Shown piece after piece: positions 47,301-58,550 of a stretch of 64,000 nucleotides of DNA; positions within the stretch are counted from its first letter, which is position 1, and each line of letters starts with the position of its first letter. The notes under the pieces were generated by a model. It was not told the DNA's origin. It saw nothing but the letters and a program-made list of their open reading frames with translations, and ran no database searches. The translations under genes were made by a program, and so were the position numbers. The stretch is from Heterodontus francisci (Eukaryota), in contig NC_090416.1 of NCBI RefSeq assembly GCF_036365525.1, positions 13,630,323 to 13,694,322 of the forward strand, written 5' to 3'.

Positions 47301-49518
47301 ACTCCCTCCCCCCTCCTCCCTCACTCCTCACCCCTCCTCCCTCACTCCCCTCCCCCCTCCTCCCTCACTCCCTCCCCCCCTCCTCCCTCACTCCCTCCCC
47401 CCTCCTCCCTCACTCCCTCCCCCCCTCCTCCCTCACTCCCTCCCCCCCTCCTCCCTCACTCCCTCCCCCCCTCCTCCCTCACTCCCTCCCCCCTCCTCCC
47501 TCACTCCCTCCCCCCCTCCTCCCTCACTCCCTCCCCCCCTCCTCCCTCACTCCCTCCCCCCTCCTCCCTCACTCCCTCCCCCCCTCCTCCCTCACTCCTC
47601 CCCCCTCCTCCCTCACTCCCTCCCCCCCTCCTCCCTCACTCCCTCCCCCCCCTCCTCCCTCACTCCCTCCCCCCCTCCTCCTCACTCCCTCCCCCCCTCC
47701 TCCCTCACTCCCTCCCCCCTCCTCCCTCACTCCTCCCCCCCTCCTCCCTCACTCCCTCCCCCCCTCCTCCCTCACTCCCTCCCCCCCTCCTCCTCACTCC
47801 CTCCCCCCCTCCTCCCTCACTCCCTCCCCCCTCCTCCCTCACTCCCTCCCCCCCTCCTCCCTCACTCCTCCCCCCTCCTCCCTCACTCCCTCCCCCCTCC
47901 TCCCTCACCCCTCCCCCTCCTCCCTCACTCCCTCCCCCCCCTCCTCCCTCACTCCCTCCCCCCCTCCTCCCTCACTCCCTCCCCCCCTCCTCCCTCACTC
48001 CCTCCCCCCCTCCTCCCTCACTCCCTCCCCCCCTCCTCCTCACTCCCTCCCCCCCTCCTCCCTCACTCCCTCCCCCCTCCTCCCTCACTCCCTCCCCCCC
48101 TCCTCCCTCACTCCCTCCCCCCCTCCTCCCTCACTCCCTCCCCCCTCCTCCCTCACTCCCTCCCCCCCTCCTCCCTCACTCCCTCCCCCCCTCCTCCCTC
48201 ACTCCCTCCCCCCTCCTCCCTCACTCCCTCCCCCCCTCCTCCCTCACTCCCTCCCCCCTCCTCCCTCACTCCCTCCCCCCTCCTCCCTCACTCCCTCCCC
48301 CCCTCCTCCCTCACTCCCTCCCCCCCTCCTCCCTCACTCCCTCCCCCCCTCCTCCCTCACTCCCTCCCCCCCTCCTCCCTCACTCCCTCCCCCCCTCCTC
48401 CCTCACTCTCCCTCCCCCCCTCCTCCCTCACTCCTCCCCCCCTCCTCCCTCACTCCCTCCCCCCCTCCTCCCTCACTCCCTCCCCCCCTCCTCCCTCACT
48501 CCCTCCCCCCCTCCTCCCTCACTCCCTCCCCCCCTCCTCCCTCACTCCCTCCCCCCCTCCTCCCTCACTCCCTCCCCCCCTCCTCCCTCACTCCTCCCCC
48601 CCCTCCTCCCTCACTCCCTCCCCCCCTCCTCCCTCACTCCCTCCCCCCCTCCTCCCTCACTCCCTCCCCCCCCTCCTCCCTCACTCCCTCCCCCCTCCTC
48701 CCTCACTCCCTCCCCCCCTCCTCCCTCACTCCCTCCCCCCCTCCTCCCTCACTCCCTCCCCCCTCCTCCCTCACTCCCTCCCCCCTCCTCCCTCACTCCC
48801 TCCCCCCCTCCTCCCTCACTCCCTCCCCCCCTCCTCCCTCACTCCCTCCCCCCTCCTCCCTCACTCCCTCCCCCCCCCTCCTCCCTCACTCCCTCCCCCC
48901 CTCCTCCCTCACTCCCTCCCCCCTCCTCCCTCACTCCCTCCCCCCCTCCTCCTCACTCCCTCCCCCCTCCTCCCTCACTCCTCCTCCCTCACTCCCTCCC
49001 CCCCCTCCTCCCTCACTCCCTCCCCCCCTCCTCCCTCCTCCCTCCCCCCCTCCTCCCTCACTCCCTCCCCCCCTCCTCCCTCACTCCCTCCCCCCCCTCC
49101 TCCCTCACTCCCTCCCCCCCTCCTCCCTCACTCCCTCCCCCCCTCCTCCCTCACTCCCTCCCCCCCTCCTCCCTCACTCCTCCCCCCCCTCCTCCCTCAC
49201 TCCCTCCCCCCCTCCTCCCTCACTCCCTCCCCCCCTCCTCCCTCACTCCCTCCCCCCCTCCTCCCTCACTCCCTCCCCCCTCCTCCCTCACTCCTCCCCC
49301 CCTCCTCCTCACTCCCTCCCCCCCTCCTCCCTCACTCCCTCCCCCCCTCCTCCCTCACTCCCTCCCCCCCTCCTCCCTCACTCCCTCCCCCCCTCCTCCC
49401 TCACTCCCTCCCCCCCTCCTCCCTCACTCCCTCCCCCCTCCTCCCTCACTCCCTCCCCCCCTCCTCCCTCACTCCCTCCCCCCCTCCTCCCTCACTCCCT
49501 CCCCCCCTCCTCCCCCCA
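44395..49518 (+). repeat. 5.1-kb CT-rich degenerate tandem array (unit ~ccctcactccctccccc(c)tcct) in HAX1 intron 1
   Basis: Almost entirely C/T with a periodic A; runs into the assembly gap. Confidence 0.98.
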
Positions 49519-49718
49519 NNNNNNNNNNNNNNNNNNNNNNNNNNNNNNNNNNNNNNNNNNNNNNNNNNNNNNNNNNNNNNNNNNNNNNNNNNNNNNNNNN
49601 NNNNNNNNNNNNNNNNNNNNNNNNNNNNNNNNNNNNNNNNNNNNNNNNNNNNNNNNNNNNNNNNNNNNNNNNNNNNNNNNNNNNNNNNNNNNNNNNNNNN
49701 NNNNNNNNNNNNNNNNNN
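49519..49718. other. Assembly gap (200 N)
   Basis: Run of exactly 200 N, a placeholder of unknown true size. Confidence 1.
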
Positions 49719-49874
49719 TCCCACTCCCTGATTCCAGTGCTGGGAAATTGTACGAGGGCAGAATGGTGATGCTCTTCACAGTTGAGTAGCTGGCTGCCAT
49801 TCAGCGAAATGTAATAGTAGTCCCCCGGAGGTTATAATAAGCTTGTTTTATTTCTTTTTCCTCTCCAAACACAG

Positions 49875-50122
49875 AGCTTCCCGGTATTGCACCTTACCCT
49901 TATGCCAGAGGCCAGGAGGAGGAGGGCAGCAACAGCAGGCGAGCCCCTCGCGATTGGATGTTGAAGCAGCCGGACAGGGACCAGCCCGGCTCGTTCGAAA
50001 GGGGTACAGGGGAGGACCGTGGCCCGGAGTCTGGCACCCGCCCGTGGGATAGACCCGCACGGGATGAGCCGAGTGGCGGGCCGCTGACTCCCTACCGAAG
50101 ACCCTGGAATCCATCCAGCACT
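49875..50122 (+). CDS. HAX1: HAX1 exon 3 (ELPGIAP...PRDWMLKQPD...)
   Basis: Matches human ELPGP...LRDSMLKYPD; acceptor acacag, donor GTAAGA. Confidence 0.9.
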
Positions 50123-51095
50123 GTAAGATCTGGCGGCATTGTAGTCGCTGACTAAAAGCAACTGGGCACGCTTCAATTGTTACGGGAGCATAGGAACAGG
50201 GGGCCATTCTGCCCCTCTGCCTATTCTGTTCCAGCATTCAATTCGGTCATGGCTGATCTGTATCATAACTCCATCTACCCACCTTAATCCCTTTCCCCAA
50301 CAAAAGTCAGTTTGGAAATTGCCAATTGATTCCCCCGCCCCCCCCCACCCGCCCCCCAAGCCTCGACAGCTTTTCGGTGGGGGGGGAGAGAGTTCCAGAT
50401 TTCCACTCCCCTTTGTGTGAAGAAGTGCTTCCTGACATCACTCCCTGAACAGCCTGGCTCGAATTTTAAGGTTCTGCCCCCTTGTTCTGGACTCCCCCCA
50501 GCAGAGGAAATAGTTTCTCTCTATCGACCCGATCGAATCCTTTAATCGTCTTAAACCTCCTCAGATCCCGTGGGAGTACAAGCCTATTCTACGCCACCGG
50601 CCCTCGTAATTGTAGCCTTTTACGTCCGGTGTCATGCTGGTGAATTTGCTCTGGGCCCCGTCCCGTGTGTCACGCCCCAGCTCGGGAATGCGACGGCGGA
50701 GAGCTTGACCGCACCTCCCCATTCACCTGGGTCGGTTGCTCCCTCCGTGCCACCCAGTCGTGCCGCCGTCCGCCGGCATTTTCCCCTCAGGAAGACACCG
50801 GAGCCCAGGAGGCGACGCAGGGAACAGCGTGGGAACGCAGAGGACAAGGGCAGAGTGTTCAGGCTCAGCCAAGGGAAGGCTGCTGAGCGAAAGCCCCGTT
50901 AACTTCCCATGTGTGGCCCCCCCCGGGTGTCGCAGCCCTCTCTGTTTGGTATCTAGACTCGCGGGCAAATGGCGGTGACTTGAATGTGATATGAGGGGAC
51001 GATGGCAACCCTGGGACCCCAGCCCAGAGAGGCTGGTGCGAAGGTGTTTCCCCGACATCGACAGAATCTCCAATCACACCTCTCTCTTTTTCCAG

Positions 51096-51150
51096 TTCGA
51101 AGATTTTTGGAAGTCTTTGAGACAGGGAGACGCCGTGAAAGAGGACAAGG
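51096..51150 (+). CDS. HAX1: HAX1 exon 4 (FEDFWKSLRQGDAVKEDK)
   Basis: Matches human FDDVW...REDN; strong acceptor and GTGAGT donor. Confidence 0.9.
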
Positions 51151-51790
51151 GTGAGTCACTGTGGGGGAGAGAAAAGAACCTACGGCCTTTCAGCTTTCCG
51201 GAGTACCAGCCAGGGGGCAGACTGCCGGCTGCCAGTCTCGGGAGAGCTCCTTGTACCGGGTGGCGCGCGTAAATTCACCCGGGACTGCAGGAAAGGAAGT
51301 GACCTGTGCCGGTGCTTGTGTAGCTGACCGGTTGGCAGTGCGCGATGTCGGGTCAGTCGGAGTGATTGGAGCCCTCCTGCTCACCTCTTTTCCAAATCTG
51401 CGTCAGGAAACGTTTTTCACGCCGCGCGTGGGTTAAGGTCTGGATTGCGCCGCCCGAGAGCGTGGTTCAGTTGAAACCTTCAAAAAGGGAATTAGACAGT
51501 TCTCTGAAAAGGAGGAATGCGCAGGGTGGCGGGGGAATGGAAGTGGACCGGAACGGACGCGGTGGGCCGAATGGCCTCCCCCCCTGCACTGCAACGACTC
51601 TTTGTGAGTTTGTGATTAACCTACACAGCACAAGAGTGGGGATTAAACAGAGTACCTCGCCGAGGGATGTCCCGTCCCATCGGGAGCGCTGCTGCAGGTG
51701 AAAGGTGGCATTCCCGTTTGCCGATACTTGTGTTAGGATAGTGGGAGTCGCTGGAGAGCTGCAGTAACTCCAGTCCTGTTTCCTCCACAG

Positions 51791-51905
51791 ACCTGGACTC
51801 CAGGGTGAACTCAGAAGGCCTGGATGATATCCTGAAGCCCTCGGAGCCCAAGACACATTCCTCCTTCAAGACCGTCTCCATATCGAAAGTGCTTCTTCCG
51901 ATGGG
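51791..51905 (+). CDS. HAX1: HAX1 exon 5 (DLDSRVNSEGLDDIL...FKTVSISKVLLP-DG), apparent 1-nt deletion near the 3' end
   Basis: Matches human DLDSQVSQEGL...FKSISVTKITKPDG; the GTGCGT donor at 51906 is one base out of phase with exon 6. Confidence 0.88.
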
Positions 51906-52780
51906 GTGCGTGTGGTTTTTCACGATGTCCCCCCTCTCCTCTTTACGTCGCAGCCCCCCCCCGCCGACCTATCCTTCGCAAGTCCCCATCGAATACTTTC
52001 ACCCCATTGGAACCTCACTGTGAGGGGGTGGTGCACAGCAGCAGATTAGACTCAGTCACTGGGCGACCCAACTCCCCTCACACGATCAGCAATGGAGATG
52101 GCGCACACGTGGTGTCTGCCGTTGCTGGGGACCTTTGCCTGTCGGCGGGTTGCCGTGGTTGACTGTGTCTCGCCGGGGCGCGGGTTCCCCCGCCCTCTGG
52201 CAGCCGCGCTTCGCTGGTGAGACGAAGCAGTAAGGGTCGGCCGTCTATTCGACCGTGCGGGGCATCGTCGCCGAGCCCCCACCCTGCCCTCAGCCCACGT
52301 TTCAGGATGGGAGATGGGGCCGTGAGGCAAACGGGCCTCTGGTACGTCCGCTCCCCAGTGGACATCACCCAACTGAGTCGGCAGCCAGTGCACTGGGTGC
52401 TGACTCTGCATTGCCTTCGAGAGGGAGCTGCATGGCTTCATTTTGGAGTTAAAGCACCTCCAGTGTGGACCAGGCTCAGAGAACCACCCGATCATTCCCT
52501 GCCTGTCATTTTTGCACGCTCGGGTGTGTATCGGTCTGTCACGATGCCCCTTACAGCTGAATAGCTAACTGTCGAGGCTCAGTGGCTGCCTGCCTGTGAA
52601 ACCGCAACAAACCCCCCCCCCCTCCAGTTATGAGTGGGGGGGCTTTCAAGAGGGAAAGATGGATGAGGTATGGCCTTTGTAATGAGCGCCTCTAACTTTC
52701 AGTGTGAAAATGCTCTCAAAATATGTCTTTTTTTTTAAAAAAAAAATTCCCCCCCCCCCACCACCCCCACCTTTTCCTAG

Positions 52781-52934
52781 ACTGTGGAGGAGCGACGGGT
52801 AACGCGAGATAGTGAGGGTAACGAGGAAACCAGAATAACACGGGCCCAAGGAGAGCAGTCATACACCACGGTGACTCGACGGGACCCGCAGGGGAAGGAG
52901 GAGCGGACTGAACAGATGGTCAACATGGATGACC
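52781..52934 (+). CDS. HAX1: HAX1 exon 6 (TVEERRVTRDSEGNEETRITR...MVNMDD)
   Basis: Matches human [21 protein letters not shown]; donor GTGAGT. Confidence 0.93.
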
Positions 52935-53434
52935 GTGAGTGTCCGGGAACCGGCGGGGGACATGTTTCTCGGGAGGTTTGAGACGGTGTGTCTGGAAATA
53001 ATTGGTGCAGCCGAAGGCGGCCAGAGTGGCAACTGGGTGGAGGGGCAGACAGTCGGCACACATTGACCCCGGGGTGAGGAGAGAAGTCTGCTGTGGTTCT
53101 CGTTTCTGATCGTTACTCGGTGACTCTCGCGAGGGTGCCTGTGCCAGCTCCTGTCTGTGTGCGAGTCTGGTGCGGACAGGATCACTGGGCTATCCATGAT
53201 CACCGCCTCACAGCGGGTAGGGATGGACTGTATAAATGCGTCCTTGTTAGTGCCGCCCGCGTGTCAAGAACAAATGGTTAAGCGCGCGAAAGGTGGGACA
53301 GTGCCCTCGAGCTCACCTTTGTCCGCCCTGTCGGCTGTGGCTCAGCATTCTCGCTTCTGCGGAGAATAGCCGAGCTTTGAATCCCCCCGCCAGTGATTGT
53401 TTTCCTTTCTCTCTCTCTCTCTGTGTCCTCGCAG

Positions 53435-53565
53435 GAGATCTGCAAAGGTTTGCCGAGCGATGGGAACGCCAGGAGGGCAGTGACGCTCTCGGTGAGCGGC
53501 AGGGTTTCCGTGACTCGTTGTCCTTCCTCAACAGGCTGCTGAAAGGGATTTTCTCGGGCCGCTGA
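53435..53565 (+). CDS. HAX1: HAX1 last exon (RDLQRFAERW...DSLSFLNRLLKGIFSGR*)
   Basis: Strong acceptor; amphipathic C-terminus like human DAFSILDLFLGRWFRSR; stop TGA. Confidence 0.9.
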
Positions 53566-54002
53566 ATGTCGCCTGGCAACTCGGGGAGGTGTGGCGGCGG
53601 GGGTGGGGTGGGTAATTTAAAAAGCGAAGGGATCGCAGTTCAGTCGTTTTGTGTGTGTGCGCGCGTGTCTTGGAAGAGATTGTCGAGCCTGTGATTCAAA
53701 CAGAGGGCACCGCCCTCGTGCTGTTTGTCAGCGTTGCCGGCTTTCACTCACTCGTAAACACGTGTGGGATTCTCTTTTGCTGACACTTCCAGCTTCCTGT
53801 GATGGTCCTGGGGCTCTTTGGGGGTGTCTAGGGAGCACCCCCAGTGTGTGTCTGCCTTGCTGAATTGTTCCCCAGCTCCGTACTCCTGTATGACGGGTGA
53901 GGTTGCACAATTTCTGCTGCAGGGGCCATTCCGCAGAGATTGCCTGCACAAGGTCAGCTGGCCTGCACTTAACCTGCCGATGGTTGAATTGTAAATCGGT
54001 GC

Positions 54003-54008
54003 AATAAA
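54003..54008 (+). terminator. HAX1: HAX1 poly(A) signal
   Basis: AATAAA ~440 nt after the stop, followed by a GT-rich tract. Confidence 0.7.
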
Positions 54009-54431
54009 AGCAAAAGATTGTTCGTTTTGTTTTAAATCTGATGGTTTCTTGTGATTTCACCCCCCCCCCCCCCCCCCCGCCCGATTCCCTCCCCACCCCG
54101 GACTGTTCTTTGTCAGCCCCTGTCTCAGTGAACAGCAGTCATGCTGCGTGAGTCTGAAAGTCGAGGGTTCGAGTCCCCCCCCCCCCCCCCCCAACACTCC
54201 AGACTTGAGCTCCATAAACCAGGCCGACGCTCCCAGCGCCAGCACTGAGGGAGTGCCGCACTGCCAGAGGTGCCGTCTTTCCGATGAGCCGTAAAACTGG
54301 GAGCTTGCTGTGCGTAAATTGGTTGCCCCGTTTCCTACATTACAAGAACAGGGCGCGCGACGTTGGCTTTGAAACGCTTTGGAACGTTCTGCGGTCGTGA
54401 GCGGCGCTATATAAATGCGAGTCTTCTCAAA

Positions 54432-54784
54432 GAGGAATGGGTGGCGTAGTGGTCGCTAGTAATCCACAGGCCCAGGCTAATGCCCGGCGGAGGTTCCAAT
54501 CCCGCCACGGCAGCTGAAATTGAAAGCTAGTCTCAGTAATGGTGTCAAGAAACTATCACTGTCGTTAAAAAAAAAAAACATGTGCTTCACTAATGCCCTT
54601 TGGGGAAGGAAATCTGCCTCCCTTACCCGGTCTGGCCTACATGTGACTCCAGACCCACAGCAATGTGGTTGACTCTTAACTGCCCTCTGAAATGGCCTCG
54701 CAAACTGCACCCAGTTGCTGAGGGGCAGTTGGCAAAGGGCAGCAAATGCTGGCCTTGCCAGCAATGCCCACATCCCATGAAAGA
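54432..54784 (+). mobile_element. SINE made of the head and tail of the 22803-25815 LINE
   Basis: Shares gtggcgtagt...ctcttaactgccctctgaaatggcc with the LINE head and aaatgctggcc...catcccatga with its tail; reverse copies at ~34260-34560 and ~39700-39910. Confidence 0.75.
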
Positions 54785-54909
54785 GTAATCAAGGCAATTT
54801 AGGGTGCTGGAAGGACGGGCTGAATGGTCTTTTGTTGTGTGTCATTGAGGAGCGTGGAAGAGCTTTCTCCCGTCATATCAGCTCTCGGACAGTGAGAGGC
54901 ACTGTCATA

Positions 54910-55950
54910 CAAAGAGCAGTACAGCACAGGAACAGGCCATTCGGCCCTCCAAGCCTGCGCCGATCTTGATGCCTACCTAAACTAAAACCTTCTGCACTTC
55001 CGGGGTCCGTATCCCTCTATTCCCATCCTATTCATGTATTTGTCAAGGTGCCTCTTAATCGTCTCTATGGTACCTGCTTCCACCACCTCCCCTGGCAGCA
55101 AGTTCCAGGCACTCGCCACCCTCTGTGTAAAGAACTTGCCTCGCACATCCCCTCTAAACTTTGCCCCTCGCACCTTAAACCTATGTTCCCTAGTAACTGA
55201 CTCTTCCACCCTGGGAAAAAGCTTCTGACTATCCACTCTGTCCATGCCACTCATAACTTTGTAAACCTCTATCATGTCGCCCCTCCACCTCCGTCGTTCC
55301 AGTGAAAACAATCCGAGTTTATCCAACCTCTCCTCATAACTAATGCCCTCCAGACCAGGCAACACCCTGGTAAACCTCTTCAATACTGTCTCCAAAGCCT
55401 CCACGTCCTTCTGGTAGTGTGGCGACCAGAATAGCATGCAATATTCTAAGTGTGGTCTAACTAAAGTTCTGTACAGCTGCAGCATGATTTGCCAATTTTT
55501 ATACTCTATGCCCCGACCGATGAAGGCAAGCATGCTGTATGCCTTCTTGACTACCTTATCCACCTGCGTTGCCACTTTCAGTGACCTGTGGACCTGTACC
55601 CCCAGATCTCTCTGCCTGTCAATACTCCTAAGGGTTCTGCCATTTACTGTATACTTCCCAACTGCATTAGATCTTCCAAAATGCATTACCTCACATTTGT
55701 CCGGATTAAACTCCATCTGCCATTTCTCCGCCCAAGTCTCCAACCGATCTATATCCAGCTGTATCCTCTGACAATCCTCATCATTATCCGCAACTCCACC
55801 AACCTTTGTGCCGTCCGCAAACTTACTAATCCGACCAGCTACATTTTCCTCCAAATCATTTATATATACTACAAAGAGCAAAGGTCCCAGCACTGATCCC
55901 TGCGGAACACCACTAGTCACATCCCTCCATTCAGAAAAACACCCTTCCAC
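54910..55950 (-). mobile_element. Young 5'-truncated CR1 LINE with an uninterrupted 325-aa RT C-terminal ORF
   Basis: ORF 54982-55959: SGVPQGSVLGPLLF, FADGTK, RDLGV, LYRTLVRPHLEYC. Confidence 0.93.
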
Positions 55951-57539
55951 TGATATCATTACCTACGTAACACACCACCAACCCTCCCGATCCTGCCACA
56001 CTCCGTGGCGGTCGAGCAGCTTTCTCCACCTCCCACTCCCCGGTCTCCTTGCACCATCTCTCTCATTCGTCCCTGTCTTTGAACGATGAAAAATCCCCTA
56101 TGTTGACCGAAAGATCAATAACTCTAGCTCGGTACCATCTCTTTCCATCTCCTCTGTTTACAGACGGGACGTGAATCTTGAATCTCTGCCGTGCTGTTGC
56201 CATCTGACACCCTGTTGTCAGTTTACCTCAACCCCCTCTACCTCCCTCCCTCCTTTCAGACCCTCCTTAAAAACCCATCTCGTCCCCCCCCCCCCCCCCC
56301 CCCACCAATATCTCCGCTGGCCCGGCGTAGATTTCTGTCCGATTAGGCTTCGGTGGACTTCCTGCAGCAGTTTACCATGGTAGAAGATTCAATTATAAAT
56401 GCACATTGTTCTTAACTTCAGGCAGGAATATGCAAAGTGCTTTGGAATGCAAATTATTTCTCGGCCGGTCGCATTCCCAAGTTTTTGTACTGCCCTGTGT
56501 TCACTAACTTCAATCCAAGAGCAATACAGATCGAAAGGAGACCATTCGGCCCATCGTGTCTGTGCTGGGCTCTGTGAAAGAGCTATCCAATTAGTCCCAC
56601 TCTTTTCCCCCCACCCCCCATATCCCATTAAATCTCTCCCCTTCGAGTCACAAGGTTCTGGGTTCAAGTCCCAGTACCAGCGCTGAGGGAGTGCCGCACT
56701 GTCGGAGGTGGTATCTTTTGGATGAGACGTTAAACCGAGGCCCTGTTTGCCCTCTCGGGGCGGGGGGCGGGCGGGGGGGGGGGATGTAAAAGATCCCGCG
56801 GCAAGCTATTTTGAGCTCTTCCCCTGGAGTCCTGACCAATATTTATCCCTCAATCGACATTGCGTAAACAGATTATTCGGCTATTAGCACAGCTGGGATC
56901 TTGCTGTGCACAAACCGGCTGCTGCGCTTCCTACATTACAACCGTGTCCGCGCTTCAAAAAAAAAAAGTGCTTCATTGGCTGCAAAGAGCGCGTTGGGAA
57001 CGTCTGGAGGTCGTGAAAGGCGCTATATAAACGCAACTCTCTCCACGTCACGGAGACTCCCTCGTCCGTGGTACGGTTCTAATAAATCTCTTCTGCGTTC
57101 TCTCCAAGGCCTTGACGTTCTTGCGAAAGTGCGGTGCCAGATTTGGACTCAGTACTCCAGCCGGGGGCCTACGCCACCTCTGCCCTGAGGGGGAACAGTC
57201 CCGCGCTCTTTAGCCATTCCACGTCGATAACCTGCACTTGGCTTTGCCAGTGATGCGGGCGGTAGATTGGACGTAGACTCCTCAATGCCAGAGGGACCCG
57301 TGCACTTGCGATGAAAAGGAGACGCGGAGCCTAGAGAGTCCGAAGTGACCAACGTCGCGGAGAGGTATCAGAGTCATGGTGACGGAGTGAGATTTGGAGT
57401 GGGGGGAGGTTTTTTGGAGGTGCTCGAGATTGGGCTGACTTGGCATCGAGGGGGTGGGGGGGGGTCACTGGCCCATCACTGGCTCCCACTGTTGGAAAGC
57501 TAAGTGCAGCTTATCGACGTGGAATGACTAAATAGTTGC

Positions 57540-58550
57540 AAAGACTGAAGCCATTGTTTTCGGTTCCCGCTTCAAGCTCTGTTCCCGAGCTGCCGGTTCT
57601 ATCCCTCTCCCCGACAACAGTCTGAGATTCAACCAGCCTGTTCGCGACCTTGGTGTCACATTTGACCCCGAGGTGAGCTTCCCACCTCATAACTGTGCCA
57701 TCACTAAGACCGCCTATTTCCGCCTCCGTGACCTCGCCCTCCCTGTCGCAGCTCGTCGGCTGCTGGAACCCTCGCTCATGCTTCCGTTACCTCTCGACTT
57801 GACTGTTCCAACACGCTCCTGGCCGGTCTCCCACATTCCACCCTCCGTAAACTGGAGCTCGTCCAAAACTCTGCTGCCCGTGTCTTAACTCGCACCCAGT
57901 CCCGTTCACCCGTCACCCCCCCCCCCGCCTCCCCCCCCACTGCTCTCGCTGGCCTACGTTGGTTCCCGGTCGAGCAACGTCTTGATTTTAAAATTCTCAT
58001 CCTTGTTTTCAAATCTCTCCATGGCCTCGCCCACCCCCATCTCTGTCACTTCCTCCAGCCCCACAACCCCGACAGATATCTTCACTTCTCCAATTCCGAC
58101 CTCTTGTCCATCCCCCCGATTCCCATCGCTCCACCATTGGCGGCCAAGCCTTCAGCTGCCTGGGGGCCCGAAGCTCTGGAATTCCCTCCCTAAACCTCTC
58201 CGCCTCTCTCTGTCCTTCTTTAAGACGCTCCTTAAAACCGACCACATGAGATATTAGGGGGACGGGCGACCTAAGGCTCGGTCAAAGAGGTCGGTTTTAA
58301 GGAGCGTCTTAAAGGAGGAGAGAGAGAGAGACGGAGAGGTTTAGGGAGGGAATTCCAGAGCTTAGGGCCCCCCAGGCAGCTGAAGGCTCGGCCGCCAATG
58401 GTGGAGCGATGGGAATCGGGGGACGCGCGAGAGGCCGGAATTGGAGGAGCGCAGAGATCTCGGAGGGTTGTAGGGGACGGAGGAGGTGACAGAGATGGCG
58501 AGGGCCATAGAGGGATTTGAACACAGGGATGTGAATTTTAAACTTGAGGT
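57540..58550. mobile_element. Two L2-like LINE 3' fragments in tail-to-tail orientation
   Basis: KTEAIVFG...RDLGVTFDP-type RT remnant on the + strand, then a reverse copy of the same 3' end. Confidence 0.75.

Noticed and set aside
44164-49731. 1855-aa proline-rich (extensin-like) ORF
   Set aside because: Artefact of a CT-rich repeat that cannot form stop codons; it overlaps HAX1 exon 1 out of frame and runs through the N gap.
54982-55959. 325-aa ORF as a host gene
   Set aside because: It is a CR1 reverse transcriptase C-terminus with a LINE tail, 5'-truncated.
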